Part shown: piece by piece, positions 46,459 to 56,952 of the stretch
Layout of the letters: each line of letters opens with the position of its first letter
Position numbering within the stretch: position 1 is the first letter of the stretch
Source: a bacterium
Lineage (GTDB): Bacteria > Hydrothermota > Tepidihabitantia > SM23-42 > JAOAFX01
Direction of reading: 5' to 3'
Assembly: GCA_036382775.1 (NCBI GenBank)
Contig: DASVHD010000035.1
Span: 28,804 to 92,803, forward strand
Length of the DNA stretch: 64,000 nucleotides
Notes under the pieces: model-generated
Told to the model about the DNA's origin: nothing
The model's database searches: none
What the model saw: only the letters and a program-made list of their open reading frames with translations
Position numbers and translations under genes: made by a program

Positions 46459-49257
46459 ATGCACCGCATCGAAATAAGACGCAGGAACGACCCCCGCGAA
46501 AAATCGGTCAAAGAGGATTTCATTACGCTTGGCGCCAGGGACATCACCAGGGTCGCGGTCCGCGATGTCTACTACCTCGACGACACGTTGACGCGCCAGC
46601 AGGCCAGGCGCATAGCCCGCGAGCTTTTCTGCGACCCGGTCGTGGAGGAACTCACGATCGGACCGGGCCGCGGTTTTGATGTAATGTTCAACCCCGGCGT
46701 CACCGATCCCCGGGAAGCAAGCATAAAGAAAGCGATCGCCGACCTCGGCCTTAAAGCGCCCGCGGTAAAGACCGCGACGAATTATGTTATCACCGGCAGC
46801 TTCAATGCGCCGTACCGGAAAAAGATCGAGCAGCTGGCCAGTTTATTCCTCTACAATCCTCTGATCCAGCACATCAGGTACGCGCACGAGAAAATGTCCC
46901 GTCATAAACGGTATCGCCTCAGCATCGTCACAGTCAGCCTTGATCAGGATCTTAAGAAACTAAGCGACGAGATGGGGCTTTCACTTTCGCTCGCCGAAAT
47001 GAGGACCATAAAACGTTATTTCACCCGCAAGAACCGCCAGCCCACGGATGTTGAGCTGGAGACCATCGCGCAAACCTGGAGCGAGCACTGCGGGCACAAG
47101 ACCTTCCGTGGCAATATACTTTACCGCGGAAAACGGATCAGGAATCTGCTGAAGAACACGATCATGAAATCCACCCGGCAGATCAACAGCCCCAGGTGCC
47201 TGTCGGTTTTCCATGACAACTCTGGCGTGATCGATTTCGACGAGACTTACGGCGTGTGCTTCAAGGTCGAAACCCACAACCACCCGTCGGCTCTGGAACC
47301 TTACGGAGGTGCCGCTACCGGCATCGGCGGGGTTATCCGTGACATTCTCGGAACCGGGCTTGGCGCCAAGCCGATCATGAATACCGATGTCTTCTGTTTC
47401 GGCCCGCCGGATTTCCCATATCGACGGTTACCCGAGGGTATACTGCACCCGCGCCGGATCATCAAGGGAGTATACCAGGGGGTCAGGGATTACGGGAACC
47501 GCATGGGTATTCCGACGCCCAGCGGCGCAATCTATTTTGACGAAGAGTTTCTATATAACCCGCTGGTCTACTGTGGCACGGTCGGACTGATCAGGAAAGA
47601 CCGTATCGAAAAAAAACCATGCCGGGATGATCTGATCGTCCTGGTCGGCGGCAGGACCGGCCGTGACGGCATTCATGGCGCCACCTTTTCATCGGTAGAA
47701 CTGTCGAGTGAATCAGAGAAATCGTGCGTGCAGATCGGCAACCCGATCATGGAAAAACGCGTACTTGACTGCCTGCTCCCGGTGAGCGATCAGGGGATCG
47801 TGAACTGCGTCACTGACTGCGGCGGCGGCGGGCTGTCCAGCTCGGTCGGCGAAATGGGCAGAACCCTGGGCGCGAAGGTGAACCTAGATAAGGTGCCTCT
47901 CAAATATCAGGGACTGACACCCCGGGAGATCTGGATCAGCGAATCCCAGGAACGCATGATCCTATCCGTGCCCCGCCGGCATCTAAAAAAAGTATTAAAA
48001 GAATTCCAGGACGAAAATGTGGAAGCGACCGTCATCGGCTCGTTCACCGGCGACAAAATGCTCAGACTCAACTATGGCCGCAAGAATGTCTGCACGCTTG
48101 ACATGGATTTTCTACACGATGGCTTGCCTATGCCCACCAAAAAGGCAGTTGATAAAATGACTCCTCCGAAAAGGATCAAGATACCGCTGCCGCGTGATCA
48201 CGCAAGGGTCCTGCTGGAACTTGCCGGCAGCCTTAATTCTTGCTCACGCGAATGGGTGATCAGGGAATACGATCACGAAGTGCAAGGTGCCAGCGTGATC
48301 AAACCGCTGGTCGGCGTCGACCATGACGGACCCCAGGATGCGGTGGTCATTAAACCGCTACTCGGCGGGAACAAGGGGATCGTGGTTTCGTGCGGGATCA
48401 ATCCCTCGTACGGCAAGCTCGATGCCTATAACATGGCGGCATCGGTGATCGACGAGGCACTGCGGAACCTTACGGCGGCGGGCGGTGATATCGCGCGGGC
48501 CGCGATGCTCGATAATTTCTGTTTCGCGTCGCCGGAACGTCCGGACGTGCTGGCTGACATCGTCCGCTCATCGCAGGCTTGTTATGACACAGCGATCGCC
48601 TTCGGCGTGCCGTTCATATCGGGCAAGGATAGCCTGAACAATGAATGGATGGATACTAATGGTCGCAGCCATCGTATCCCGCCGACCTTGCTTATATCCG
48701 CTATGGGGGTCATCGATGACGTCGAGTCCTGCATAACCATGGACCTGAAAAAGGATCACAGTGAACTTTTTTTAATCGGCGATACATACGAGGAACTGGG
48801 GGGTTCAGAGTACTGCCGGCACCTGCGCATCCACGGCGGTCGGGTTCCCGGTGTGGACTTCAAGACCGCGCCGCTCATCCTCAAACAACTCCACGCGGCG
48901 ATCACGCGCGGACTGATCCTCGCCTGCCACGATCTCTCGGAAGGCGGATTAGCACTGGGCTTGAGCGAAATGGCCCTAAGCGGTAACATCGGCGTGGATG
49001 TCGACCTGGACCGCGTATCGTACCGCGGCACGGTCCGGCGGCCTGATTTTATCCTTTTCGCCGAATCAAATTCGCGTTTTATCATCGAAGTTTCAGCCGG
49101 CGACGTCAGCCAGCTTCATCAGATCTTTTCCGGCCTGCCCATGAGCCATATCGGATGTACGAAGCCGCACCAAAACCTTGTTGTCCGCGCCGGCGGCAAG
49201 AAACTCATCGCTGTACCCCTCGCCATCGTGAAAAAACGCTGGAAACGCATAACCTGA
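46459..49257 (+). CDS. purL: Phosphoribosylformylglycinamidine synthase, PurL with PurS-like N-terminal extension and no glutaminase domain
   Basis: It has the FGAM synthase motifs (WSEHCGHKTF, VETHNHPSA, GGRTGRDGIHGATFSS, duplicated AIR-synthase-like halves). The ~190-aa N-terminal domain resembles the N-domain of large PurL. At 932 aa it lacks a GATase domain. Confidence 0.85.
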   Translation: MHRIEIRRRNDPREKSVKEDFITLGARDITRVAVRDVYYLDDTLTRQQARRIARELFCDPVVEELTIGPGRGFDVMFNPGVTDPREASIKKAIADLGLKAPAVKTATNYVITGSFNAPYRKKIEQLASLFLYNPLIQHIRYAHEKMSRHKRYRLSIVTVSLDQDLKKLSDEMGLSLSLAEMRTIKRYFTRKNRQPTDVELETIAQTWSEHCGHKTFRGNILYRGKRIRNLLKNTIMKSTRQINSPRCLSVFHDNSGVIDFDETYGVCFKVETHNHPSALEPYGGAATGIGGVIRDILGTGLGAKPIMNTDVFCFGPPDFPYRRLPEGILHPRRIIKGVYQGVRDYGNRMGIPTPSGAIYFDEEFLYNPLVYCGTVGLIRKDRIEKKPCRDDLIVLVGGRTGRDGIHGATFSSVELSSESEKSCVQIGNPIMEKRVLDCLLPVSDQGIVNCVTDCGGGGLSSSVGEMGRTLGAKVNLDKVPLKYQGLTPREIWISESQERMILSVPRRHLKKVLKEFQDENVEATVIGSFTGDKMLRLNYGRKNVCTLDMDFLHDGLPMPTKKAVDKMTPPKRIKIPLPRDHARVLLELAGSLNSCSREWVIREYDHEVQGASVIKPLVGVDHDGPQDAVVIKPLLGGNKGIVVSCGINPSYGKLDAYNMAASVIDEALRNLTAAGGDIARAAMLDNFCFASPERPDVLADIVRSSQACYDTAIAFGVPFISGKDSLNNEWMDTNGRSHRIPPTLLISAMGVIDDVESCITMDLKKDHSELFLIGDTYEELGGSEYCRHLRIHGGRVPGVDFKTAPLILKQLHAAITRGLILACHDLSEGGLALGLSEMALSGNIGVDVDLDRVSYRGTVRRPDFILFAESNSRFIIEVSAGDVSQLHQIFSGLPMSHIGCTKPHQNLVVRAGGKKLIAVPLAIVKKRWKRIT

Positions 49258-49274
49258 GCGCCATGGCTTGATCT

Positions 49275-50201
49275 ATGCATGAACAACTCATCTCTCATCT
49301 CCGCACCCATGGTCTGGAAGGCGGCATCATTCCGGTCGGCCGTCTTGCTGTGATCGGCGACGAACTCAATAAATGGCACCATGATAAATTGCTCAGTGAT
49401 GAAGTTCACTCCGAATATCTTTCCTGGTTTGACTATAACTACCGGAATTTCTTATCTGATGCGCAATCCGTTATTATCGTCGCGGTCCCTGATGTGCAAA
49501 CAAAGATCGTCTTTACGTGGCATAAAGAATCCCATCCGTTCACGGTCCCGCCCACTTACCTGCACTGGCACCAGGTGAATAAAAAAGCCGAGGATGTGCT
49601 TTTGAAAATCCTGACTCCGGCACGACGTAAACTCGTTCCGGCAAAACTTCCGCTGAAACTGACAGCGGTGCACAGCGGCGTCGGACAATATGGTAGGAAC
49701 AATATCTTTTACATCCTCAACAAAGGTAGTTTTCACCGCCTTGCGTGTTTTTTCTCCGACTTCCCCTGTGACGACGGCAGCGGCTCATGGGTCGATCTTT
49801 CGCACCTGCCCCGCTGTGATAAATGCGACGTCTGCGTCAAGAGCTGCCCCACCGGCGCGATCCATCATGACCGGTTCCTGATATCGGCCGAAAAATGCTT
49901 GACATTCCATACTGAACGGTCCGGCGATATCCCGTTCCCGGACTGGATCAAACCGACCTGGCACAACTGTCTGGTCGGATGCATGATCTGCCAGAAAGTG
50001 TGTCCCGAGAACAAAGCCTTTTTGCAACACATCCGCCTGGGCGCGACCTTTACCCAGAATGAAACGGAATTGCTCGTCGGCAAGAAGCTCCCGGACAGGC
50101 TCCCGCCCGAGCTTGAGGCCAAGCTTAAAGATAGCGATCTATTGGAGATCCTGGACATCATACCGCGCAACCTGCGCGCGCTGTTGGGTATCACCTCGTA
50201 A
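49275..50201 (+). CDS. 4Fe-4S cluster protein, epoxyqueuosine reductase (QueG)-like
   Basis: It has two ferredoxin-type Cys motifs, CDKCDVCVKSCP and CLVGCMICQKVCP. Its overall size and layout are QueG-like but short. Confidence 0.5.
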   Translation: MHEQLISHLRTHGLEGGIIPVGRLAVIGDELNKWHHDKLLSDEVHSEYLSWFDYNYRNFLSDAQSVIIVAVPDVQTKIVFTWHKESHPFTVPPTYLHWHQVNKKAEDVLLKILTPARRKLVPAKLPLKLTAVHSGVGQYGRNNIFYILNKGSFHRLACFFSDFPCDDGSGSWVDLSHLPRCDKCDVCVKSCPTGAIHHDRFLISAEKCLTFHTERSGDIPFPDWIKPTWHNCLVGCMICQKVCPENKAFLQHIRLGATFTQNETELLVGKKLPDRLPPELEAKLKDSDLLEILDIIPRNLRALLGITS

Positions 50202-50336
50202 GCCTCCCAAAACACAAAACCAAACCCTGTCAACGGCTCCCGCAAGACCGATACTTTTAGTAGAACTAAACTTTTCCGCGTCCGCGATGTCAAAAGGTTA
50301 GAAGATGAAATATCCAAAGATGAAAGGAGACGCACC

Positions 50337-50783
50337 ATGTCAGAAAAATATCTAAGCAAATGGGAGCCGTTCCGGGATCTAGTGAGCATGAGGACTGACG
50401 TTGACCGTCTTTTCGAGTCTTTCTTTGGCAAGGAGATGAAGATGACGGAATCCATGTGGCATCCGCTGATCGACATTGCCGAGCATGACGGCGTGATCGA
50501 GGTAAAGGCTGAGGTCCCGGGAATGCAGAAGGAAGATATCAAAGTGTCGGTGCGCGACAATATGCTTCAGATCTCTGGGGAGAGAAAGCAGGAAATCGAG
50601 AAGAAAGATAAAACGTATCACGTGCTCGAACGTTCCTATGGAAAATTTGTGCGCACCATAGATCTGCCTGCCCAAGTCGATGCCGACAGGATAAAAGCGA
50701 ACTACAAAGACGGTGTTCTAACGATTGTTCTTCAGAAGCCAGAATCACTTAAGCCCAAAAACATTGAAGTCAATTTAAATTGA
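50337..50783 (+). CDS. Small heat-shock protein, Hsp20/alpha-crystallin family
   Basis: It has an alpha-crystallin domain (GVIEVKAEVPGMQKEDIKVSV...GERK...ERSYGKFVRTIDLP...A.YKDGVLTI). Confidence 0.92.
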   Translation: MSEKYLSKWEPFRDLVSMRTDVDRLFESFFGKEMKMTESMWHPLIDIAEHDGVIEVKAEVPGMQKEDIKVSVRDNMLQISGERKQEIEKKDKTYHVLERSYGKFVRTIDLPAQVDADRIKANYKDGVLTIVLQKPESLKPKNIEVNLN

Positions 50784-50819
50784 CAGGGAATTAGTTAAGA
50801 TTAGGCGGAAGAACGCAAA

Positions 50820-50852
50820 GGGCCGGGTTTTATACCCGGCCCCAATTTTTTT
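50820..50852. terminator. Intrinsic terminator between convergent hsp20 and the M23-like gene
   Basis: The stem is gggccggg / cccggccc with loop ttttata, followed by a T7 run. Confidence 0.8.
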
Positions 50853-50866
50853 GTCTTACATGACGA

Positions 50867-52189
50867 TCATTCCAGCAAGATCAATTTTGTCATTCCCGAA
50901 ACCGTACCAACAACAGGTGAGATAAAATAACAGCCGGCGGCGACCAGGCGGCCCCGGTCATCCCGGCGGTCCCACAAAACATCGCACGGGAACTTTTTGA
51001 CATGGGAGGTAACGAGCGATCTTACTATTTCCCCAGCTGCGTCATAGACCGCCAGCCTTACTTCGCCGCTGCCAAACTTGTTGATCCTGACGATAATGTT
51101 CCCGCGCGCCGGGTTCGGGTTGCAGGTGATGATCGCGCCGTATTCCGGGCTCGCATGCCGCGCTTCCTCGATCCCGACCGGATTCTTGACCCGGACCAGC
51201 ATGCTCTCGGGCCGCGAATTACCGTATTCATCGCTAGCCACGACCTTAACCCAGTACGGTCCGTTGGGCACGGTCGTCGTCTGCCAGCATAACATCGAAT
51301 CCGTATATTCGATGGTTGAATCGCCGTCCGTATTCGTGAAAATATAATAGAGGCGCCGGTTCAGGGAATCGTAGTTGCAGTTGCTGTTGCACGTGCCGTC
51401 GTCCTTGTAAATAGTTCTTACCTGCGACGTCGTGTAGGAATCGAGCGATTCCGAGAACTGCACGCTCAGCATGGGCGGTATCACGTAATTCCCCACGGTA
51501 TCGCGGATCGAATAAACAAGCTTGTACACGGCTACCCACCACGTATTGTGATTCATCTTGTCCTCGACCCGGCAGATGAAATCGACGTTGCCATAGATGC
51601 TGTCGGGGTTCAGATACGTGTTTGTTTGATTGGTGCAGATGCCAAAAATGCGTCCCGTGACCGCGTTGGTGAACACCGGTATCGTGCGGTCAGTGTCGGG
51701 AGCAACCTCGGTCAGCGGGTTCTTGTAGTACCCTCCGTAGCTTGACCACACCACCCCGGAATTACGGTTCTTGGAATAATGGTTGTGATTGAATCCGGCA
51801 GTCGGCCAGGTCACGATCCGGGCGATCGTATCGCTGACATAAACGGTATCGCCGACCTGGACCTGGATCGAAGGGCCGTCCACGTGATAATACTGGTAGC
51901 CGGAGCAAAAGGCGGCGCCCGCAGAGTCGGCGACCGATATTCCCATGTAATACGTGCCGCTGTTCCAGATGGCTTTGACATAACCGTATTTCACCGCGGT
52001 TACCGGGTGGAGCGCCGGGACCATGATATCATCGCCATTGTGCACGTAGGGGCTCCCGCCGTAGTCCTGAAAAATACCCCATGAATTGCCTACGGGCCAG
52101 ACCTGGTTCTGAGGCGGGTGCGGCCAGAGCATCTGAGCGGCGATGATGCTGACCAGACCGAAAATCAATAATATTCCTTTTATCTTCAT
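50867..52189 (-). CDS. Secreted M23-like peptidase-domain protein with T9SS-type C-terminal domain
   Basis: It has a signal peptide and M23-like metal ligands (HNGDDI ... HNHYS). The C-terminal tail is CNPNPA...VYDAAGEIV...GCYFISPV. Confidence 0.5.
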   Translation of the reverse strand: MKIKGILLIFGLVSIIAAQMLWPHPPQNQVWPVGNSWGIFQDYGGSPYVHNGDDIMVPALHPVTAVKYGYVKAIWNSGTYYMGISVADSAGAAFCSGYQYYHVDGPSIQVQVGDTVYVSDTIARIVTWPTAGFNHNHYSKNRNSGVVWSSYGGYYKNPLTEVAPDTDRTIPVFTNAVTGRIFGICTNQTNTYLNPDSIYGNVDFICRVEDKMNHNTWWVAVYKLVYSIRDTVGNYVIPPMLSVQFSESLDSYTTSQVRTIYKDDGTCNSNCNYDSLNRRLYYIFTNTDGDSTIEYTDSMLCWQTTTVPNGPYWVKVVASDEYGNSRPESMLVRVKNPVGIEEARHASPEYGAIITCNPNPARGNIIVRINKFGSGEVRLAVYDAAGEIVRSLVTSHVKKFPCDVLWDRRDDRGRLVAAGCYFISPVVGTVSGMTKLILLE

Positions 52190-52198
52190 GATCCCTCC

Positions 52199-53161
52199 CT
52201 AGAACCGGTACTCAAAAGCATTTTCCACGGTCGTGACCGTGAAGGTTTGTTCATCGGTAAAAGCAACAATGGGAATGAACGCGTTCCAGGTTTTGTAAGG
52301 TATCGCGGTCTGCCACTGGACATCGCCGTTTTGATCCAATAGGTTCACTAACCCGCGCGCATGCCGGTTCTGAACATCACGGCCCAGATCCTCGTCTTCA
52401 CCGACCGCGACCAGAGAATTGTCATGAGAAATGCCGACCGAGATATATTCAAGTTTCCCAGTGATCTCTTCACGCTTGAACATGACGGCTTTTTCAAGCA
52501 AGCCGTAGACCACTAAAAGCTTGCGGTCGATGAACGCAAAAAGCGACCCGTCACGGGAAAAAACCATTTGCCGGATAAAAGGGGATCCTATCGGTATCCG
52601 GCCGATCTCTTGACCTGACTTAAAAAGAATGACCTGGTCATCGGTCGCCAGAGCGATCAGATCGCCGTCACGGCTGAGCGCGCACGAATTGGCCTTGCCC
52701 AGGTTGTACAATTCTTTGCCGGCATTGTCAAAAACACGCACGCCGTTGATCCCGTCATGAACGCAGTAGACCGCACCGTTCTCCGAAAAAGACCGGACCA
52801 TGAGAAACCCGATCTCGACCGTGCCTGTTTCTGCACCTTGTACATTATAGAAATGAAGTGTGCCTTTTCCTGAAATAGGGCCGTCATAATCGATCCCCAC
52901 AACAACGCCGTCATCTCCGATATCGAAAAGCGTGTGGCCAAAATTATTTTTGTGAAAGACAATAGCGTTATTGGCGTCGTATAAGGTAAACTCAGCGATC
53001 GGGATGAACTCGGAATTACCAGTATCATACGTAAACGATGCGTGGTACAAGTTTTTCTCAGAATATACTTCCATGGAATGGCCGATTGCTGTGCTTTCTT
53101 TCAGCAGGACCGGCTGGATGGCGAGCGCCAGTATCGGAAAAAACAGGATGAATTTTTTCAT
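52199..53161 (-). CDS. Hypothetical secreted protein, beta-propeller-like repeats
   Basis: It has a signal peptide (MKKFILFFPILALA) and repeated SxDGxLxA blades (SRDGDLIALA, SRDGSLFAFI, SHDNSLVAVG). Confidence 0.5.
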   Translation of the reverse strand: MKKFILFFPILALAIQPVLLKESTAIGHSMEVYSEKNLYHASFTYDTGNSEFIPIAEFTLYDANNAIVFHKNNFGHTLFDIGDDGVVVGIDYDGPISGKGTLHFYNVQGAETGTVEIGFLMVRSFSENGAVYCVHDGINGVRVFDNAGKELYNLGKANSCALSRDGDLIALATDDQVILFKSGQEIGRIPIGSPFIRQMVFSRDGSLFAFIDRKLLVVYGLLEKAVMFKREEITGKLEYISVGISHDNSLVAVGEDEDLGRDVQNRHARGLVNLLDQNGDVQWQTAIPYKTWNAFIPIVAFTDEQTFTVTTVENAFEYRF

Positions 53162-53250
53162 CGAACCTCCTTTAATAGATTATAAACACTTCATGTTGAA
53201 TTGCAAGAATGATTTTGCCCTGGCGGCCGGCCGAATACCGGCGGTGGCGA

Positions 53251-55401
53251 TCAGAAATAAAACAGGTATTTTGCTTTTACTGCGCCGACCTGGTATATTG
53301 GCTTGACCACGCCTGGTTCGTCGACCTCGGCGCGGTAATCGTTGAGCGCGATATAGATCCATGACTTGGGGCTGAAGTTCCACGAAAAGAGCGCGCCCGT
53401 GCGAACAGCTGCCAGCCGCGTCTCTTGGGCATCCCCGGCTTCATCATAGATGATAAATTCGCTGAACAAAGTGATGGTCGCGGGCGTCGTGATGTAAAAT
53501 TTGGTGTTGGGCCGGAGACGCATGGTCTTTGCCAGGAGTGTGTTTTCCGGATCCCATTCCAGCCAGTAATTCGCGTCTATTCCCACGGCCAGGTGTTCAA
53601 TGACCGACCAGCGGCAGGTCGCATAACTCGATCCCTGGTAGGCAAGGAAGCCGCGTTGGTAATTATAGTTGTAACCGTAATTGCTGCCGAATTCAAGATG
53701 CTGCCCCATTAGATTTCCCCAGGCCGAAAGGTTCACGTTACGGTACTGGTAGTTCGTGTCAGCTTCATAATACGGGCCGAGATAACCCGAGAGATCGCAT
53801 CCCCATTCATTACGGGTATTGGGGTTGAACTCCAAAACCGCGATCTTTGACCAATCAGTACTGCCGGCTTCTTTTATTAATACCGCGCCCAGCGCCGTGT
53901 AGATATTGCTGATAAACCCGCGCTGGAACTGGTTGAATGGTCCGCAGAGTATCAGGACCTTCTGCTCGCCGGCCATGGGCACGAACCCGATCGATTTTAC
54001 GTTGAATGAATCATGGATCGCGCTGGCGCCGCCCAGGGCAAGAAACGGACCGAAGAAACCGAACATGCCGGACGACACTGCCCAACCCTTTTTGCCGCTG
54101 CTGTCGCTGACCGCGGCCTGGGCAATGTACTGGTTGGGACCCCGGCGGTACACGTTGTCAAGCCCCACCGCGTAATTATAATTATCTGCGGTGTCACGCA
54201 TTCCGCTGACCAGTATACCCAGATCTGAATTCTGGAATAAGCGCCGCTTCATGCGAAAGACGCCGTATATTTTATTGGTCTCCAACAGGGTATCGTTTCT
54301 TTCATATTTACCGGTGAAAGCTCCGAGTAACCCGTAATTTGTGTTCTCTGTTTTACTGGTCAGTTTCAGGCCGCCGATTATCGGTACGGCATCGCCGTTC
54401 ATTGACTTGCCGACGCTCCGGCTGTAAAAGAGCTGGAGCGGCGTGAAAAACCCCTTATTCTCGCCAAAATCGGACATCCGGAAGATATCTTTACCTTCCA
54501 GGAAAAACGGCCGTTTCTCGCTGAGAATAGTCGGATATCGGTTCAGGTTCAATGTATAAGGATCAGACTCGATCTGGGCAAAATCAGGGTATAGCGTGCT
54601 GTTGAGCGTCGTCTGCGGCGTGATATCCCACTTGATATTCAAGCTGCCGCTCGGTTTGATCTTCATGCTGTCGGTCCCGCTGCTGTCAGAATATGACCGG
54701 TGCCGGTCGTCCCGCACATAAACTTCAGGATACAGCTCAAAATTGTATCCCTGCACCCGCGGGTCAACGCCGGTCATGACCGGCCACTTCGAGATCAATT
54801 CTCCTTCTTTTTGCAGCGTCTCGGTCCAGTAATCAGTCTCATGGTTTGCCGCGATATACCTCATGAACTGTATCCCCCACTGATCAAGACCGTTCTTATA
54901 CCTTATCGTCTTGAAGGGTATTTTAAATTCCGCGACATATTGATTATCATAGAATTTGATCGCGAAATACCACACCCCATCCCATGAATCGTCCATGGTC
55001 CGGCCGTCATCAAGGATCCACCCGTCATCATATATACCGCTGCCATTGATGAGAAAATAATAGGCCGTGGTCTTGCTGCCGAACGGATCAATACCCACGG
55101 CGATAAAATCTTCCGCGGTCGTAAGATTAGCTATCATTTCGTGGCTGTCAGCGTGGCAGACAAAAGCAAAATACAAATTACTGTGGTCTTGTAAGACATA
55201 AACTTCCGTTTTTTCAGTGCTTTTTTCCATTTCATAGGGTTCATACTGGATAAAATCATAGGCCGAATCAGCCTGGTTCCACACTTCATCAATAATTCCA
55301 TCGATCCTGGGACTTATCGCGGTAAAGTGCACTTCCAGCGATTTAGGCTGGGTTTGAACCTGACAAAATACGATCGTGGCAATTACGATCATTAAGTGCA
55401 T
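53251..55401 (-). CDS. Outer-membrane/secreted protein with N-terminal CBM9/DOMON-like domain (DUF5916-like)
   Basis: The N-terminus (IDGIIDEVWNQA...YVLQDHSNLYFAF) resembles CBM9-like modules. It is followed by a long beta-rich region ending in an aromatic residue (KYLFYF). Confidence 0.5.
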   Translation of the reverse strand: MHLMIVIATIVFCQVQTQPKSLEVHFTAISPRIDGIIDEVWNQADSAYDFIQYEPYEMEKSTEKTEVYVLQDHSNLYFAFVCHADSHEMIANLTTAEDFIAVGIDPFGSKTTAYYFLINGSGIYDDGWILDDGRTMDDSWDGVWYFAIKFYDNQYVAEFKIPFKTIRYKNGLDQWGIQFMRYIAANHETDYWTETLQKEGELISKWPVMTGVDPRVQGYNFELYPEVYVRDDRHRSYSDSSGTDSMKIKPSGSLNIKWDITPQTTLNSTLYPDFAQIESDPYTLNLNRYPTILSEKRPFFLEGKDIFRMSDFGENKGFFTPLQLFYSRSVGKSMNGDAVPIIGGLKLTSKTENTNYGLLGAFTGKYERNDTLLETNKIYGVFRMKRRLFQNSDLGILVSGMRDTADNYNYAVGLDNVYRRGPNQYIAQAAVSDSSGKKGWAVSSGMFGFFGPFLALGGASAIHDSFNVKSIGFVPMAGEQKVLILCGPFNQFQRGFISNIYTALGAVLIKEAGSTDWSKIAVLEFNPNTRNEWGCDLSGYLGPYYEADTNYQYRNVNLSAWGNLMGQHLEFGSNYGYNYNYQRGFLAYQGSSYATCRWSVIEHLAVGIDANYWLEWDPENTLLAKTMRLRPNTKFYITTPATITLFSEFIIYDEAGDAQETRLAAVRTGALFSWNFSPKSWIYIALNDYRAEVDEPGVVKPIYQVGAVKAKYLFYF

Positions 55402-55519
55402 ATTTGGCTCCTTTTAATATTATACGTAATTATATTGAAAAAGTTTCATATTTCCATAACATCCTTTACTTTTCAGTGTTGCTGATTATAATAGCGAGAT
55501 CACAACAGCGAGGTAAAAA

Positions 55520-56887
55520 ATGAAATCCATAATAAATAACATCGTTCTTTTAGCATTTAGCGCTGGGATCATGGCAGCCCAAGCTCAAGAGACTCTTGGC
55601 TTTAAAGATCTGCGGTGGGCGTATGATCTGACGCCTGGCACTAAGCTGGTATACTCGATCGAGGACCGCACGACCCTGTCCAATACCGAGAATGGCCGCG
55701 TCGGCACAATGACGGTCTGGACGATCAGGCAGAACGACGCCAGGGACCTGCACGTGGTGATAAGCGGCGTCATGTTACCTTACCGGCTCCGACCGGAAAA
55801 CGAGCGCGATGACTATCCACCGGAATTTAGTTACGCATTCTGTGACCTCAGCCCCAATGGAACATACCGGGCCCACTGGGCGCTTGAACATACATATTTC
55901 CAGGACCTGTTCATCCCCATGCCCGCCAGCAGCGAACAGGCAGTGGCAGGATGGGGATCCGGCGAGCTCCAATTTGCAGAAAAAGAGCATTACCGGGCCC
56001 AGTCCGAAACGGTTTCTGACTCGACGGTGACTCTTTCGGTCGTGCGAGAAAGCCCGCTTGACCGGATCCACGGGATATCAAATGCATCGCTGGTGGTCTT
56101 CAGGGTCAAAGATGCCGGCATGGTGCCGACATCCAAAAAACTGATCAAAGACCGTACCGGCGGCATCCATACTGAAACAGCGATCACGCTGGATTCGGTA
56201 GTCCAGTTCGATCTCGCCGCCATGAGGGATTTTTTCAGCGAAGCCGACATCTACTTTGCCGCTGATTCAGCTTACGATAACTTTGTATCCAATGCCGAGG
56301 AAGACCCTGCGCATGCAGTAGAATGGCTCGCTGATGCCGAGTCAATACTGGTCAAAGCCCGGTCGGATATTATTCAGCCCGAACTGAAAAGCATTGTCGC
56401 GCAATGGACCGACGGATTTGTCTCTGATTCACAGTACATCAACGACATGATCAGAAAAAGGAGCGAGATCATTGGAAAATCAGCTCCCGCCTGGAACGCG
56501 GTTGATTTCAAGGGTAAAAAACACTCTCTGAACAAATATAAAGGAAAGGTGGTCGTGCTTGATTTCTGGTACAAGAACTGCCCATGGTGCATCCGGTCAA
56601 TGCCGGCGCTCAAACGCGTTGCCGAACGTTTCAAAGACAAGCCTTTCGCCATCATCGGCATGAACGTGGACAAGAACGAGGATGACGCCCTGTTGGTCAT
56701 GGACACGCTCCAGCTGAATTATGTCAATGTTAAAGCCGGCGAGATAAACAAGCTCTATGGCGTGACCGGCTACCCCACGTTATTCATCATCGATAAAAAG
56801 GGCAGGTTCTACGACATGCGCATCGGGTATACCCCGGACCTTTACGAAACATTGGTAATATCGGTTGAAGCTGCACTGGCGAAATAA
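55520..56887 (+). CDS. TlpA/AhpC-like thiol-disulfide oxidoreductase with ~330-aa N-terminal domain of unknown function
   Basis: It has a signal peptide. The C-terminal thioredoxin fold has the active site WYKNCPWCIRSMP, plus GYPTLFIIDKKG. Confidence 0.75.
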   Translation: MKSIINNIVLLAFSAGIMAAQAQETLGFKDLRWAYDLTPGTKLVYSIEDRTTLSNTENGRVGTMTVWTIRQNDARDLHVVISGVMLPYRLRPENERDDYPPEFSYAFCDLSPNGTYRAHWALEHTYFQDLFIPMPASSEQAVAGWGSGELQFAEKEHYRAQSETVSDSTVTLSVVRESPLDRIHGISNASLVVFRVKDAGMVPTSKKLIKDRTGGIHTETAITLDSVVQFDLAAMRDFFSEADIYFAADSAYDNFVSNAEEDPAHAVEWLADAESILVKARSDIIQPELKSIVAQWTDGFVSDSQYINDMIRKRSEIIGKSAPAWNAVDFKGKKHSLNKYKGKVVVLDFWYKNCPWCIRSMPALKRVAERFKDKPFAIIGMNVDKNEDDALLVMDTLQLNYVNVKAGEINKLYGVTGYPTLFIIDKKGRFYDMRIGYTPDLYETLVISVEAALAK

Positions 56888-56952
56888 CGGTAGAATAATT
56901 TAGTTATTAAGTAATTATGTAATTAGGCAAATAAAAAAAGCGTCCGCGTATT

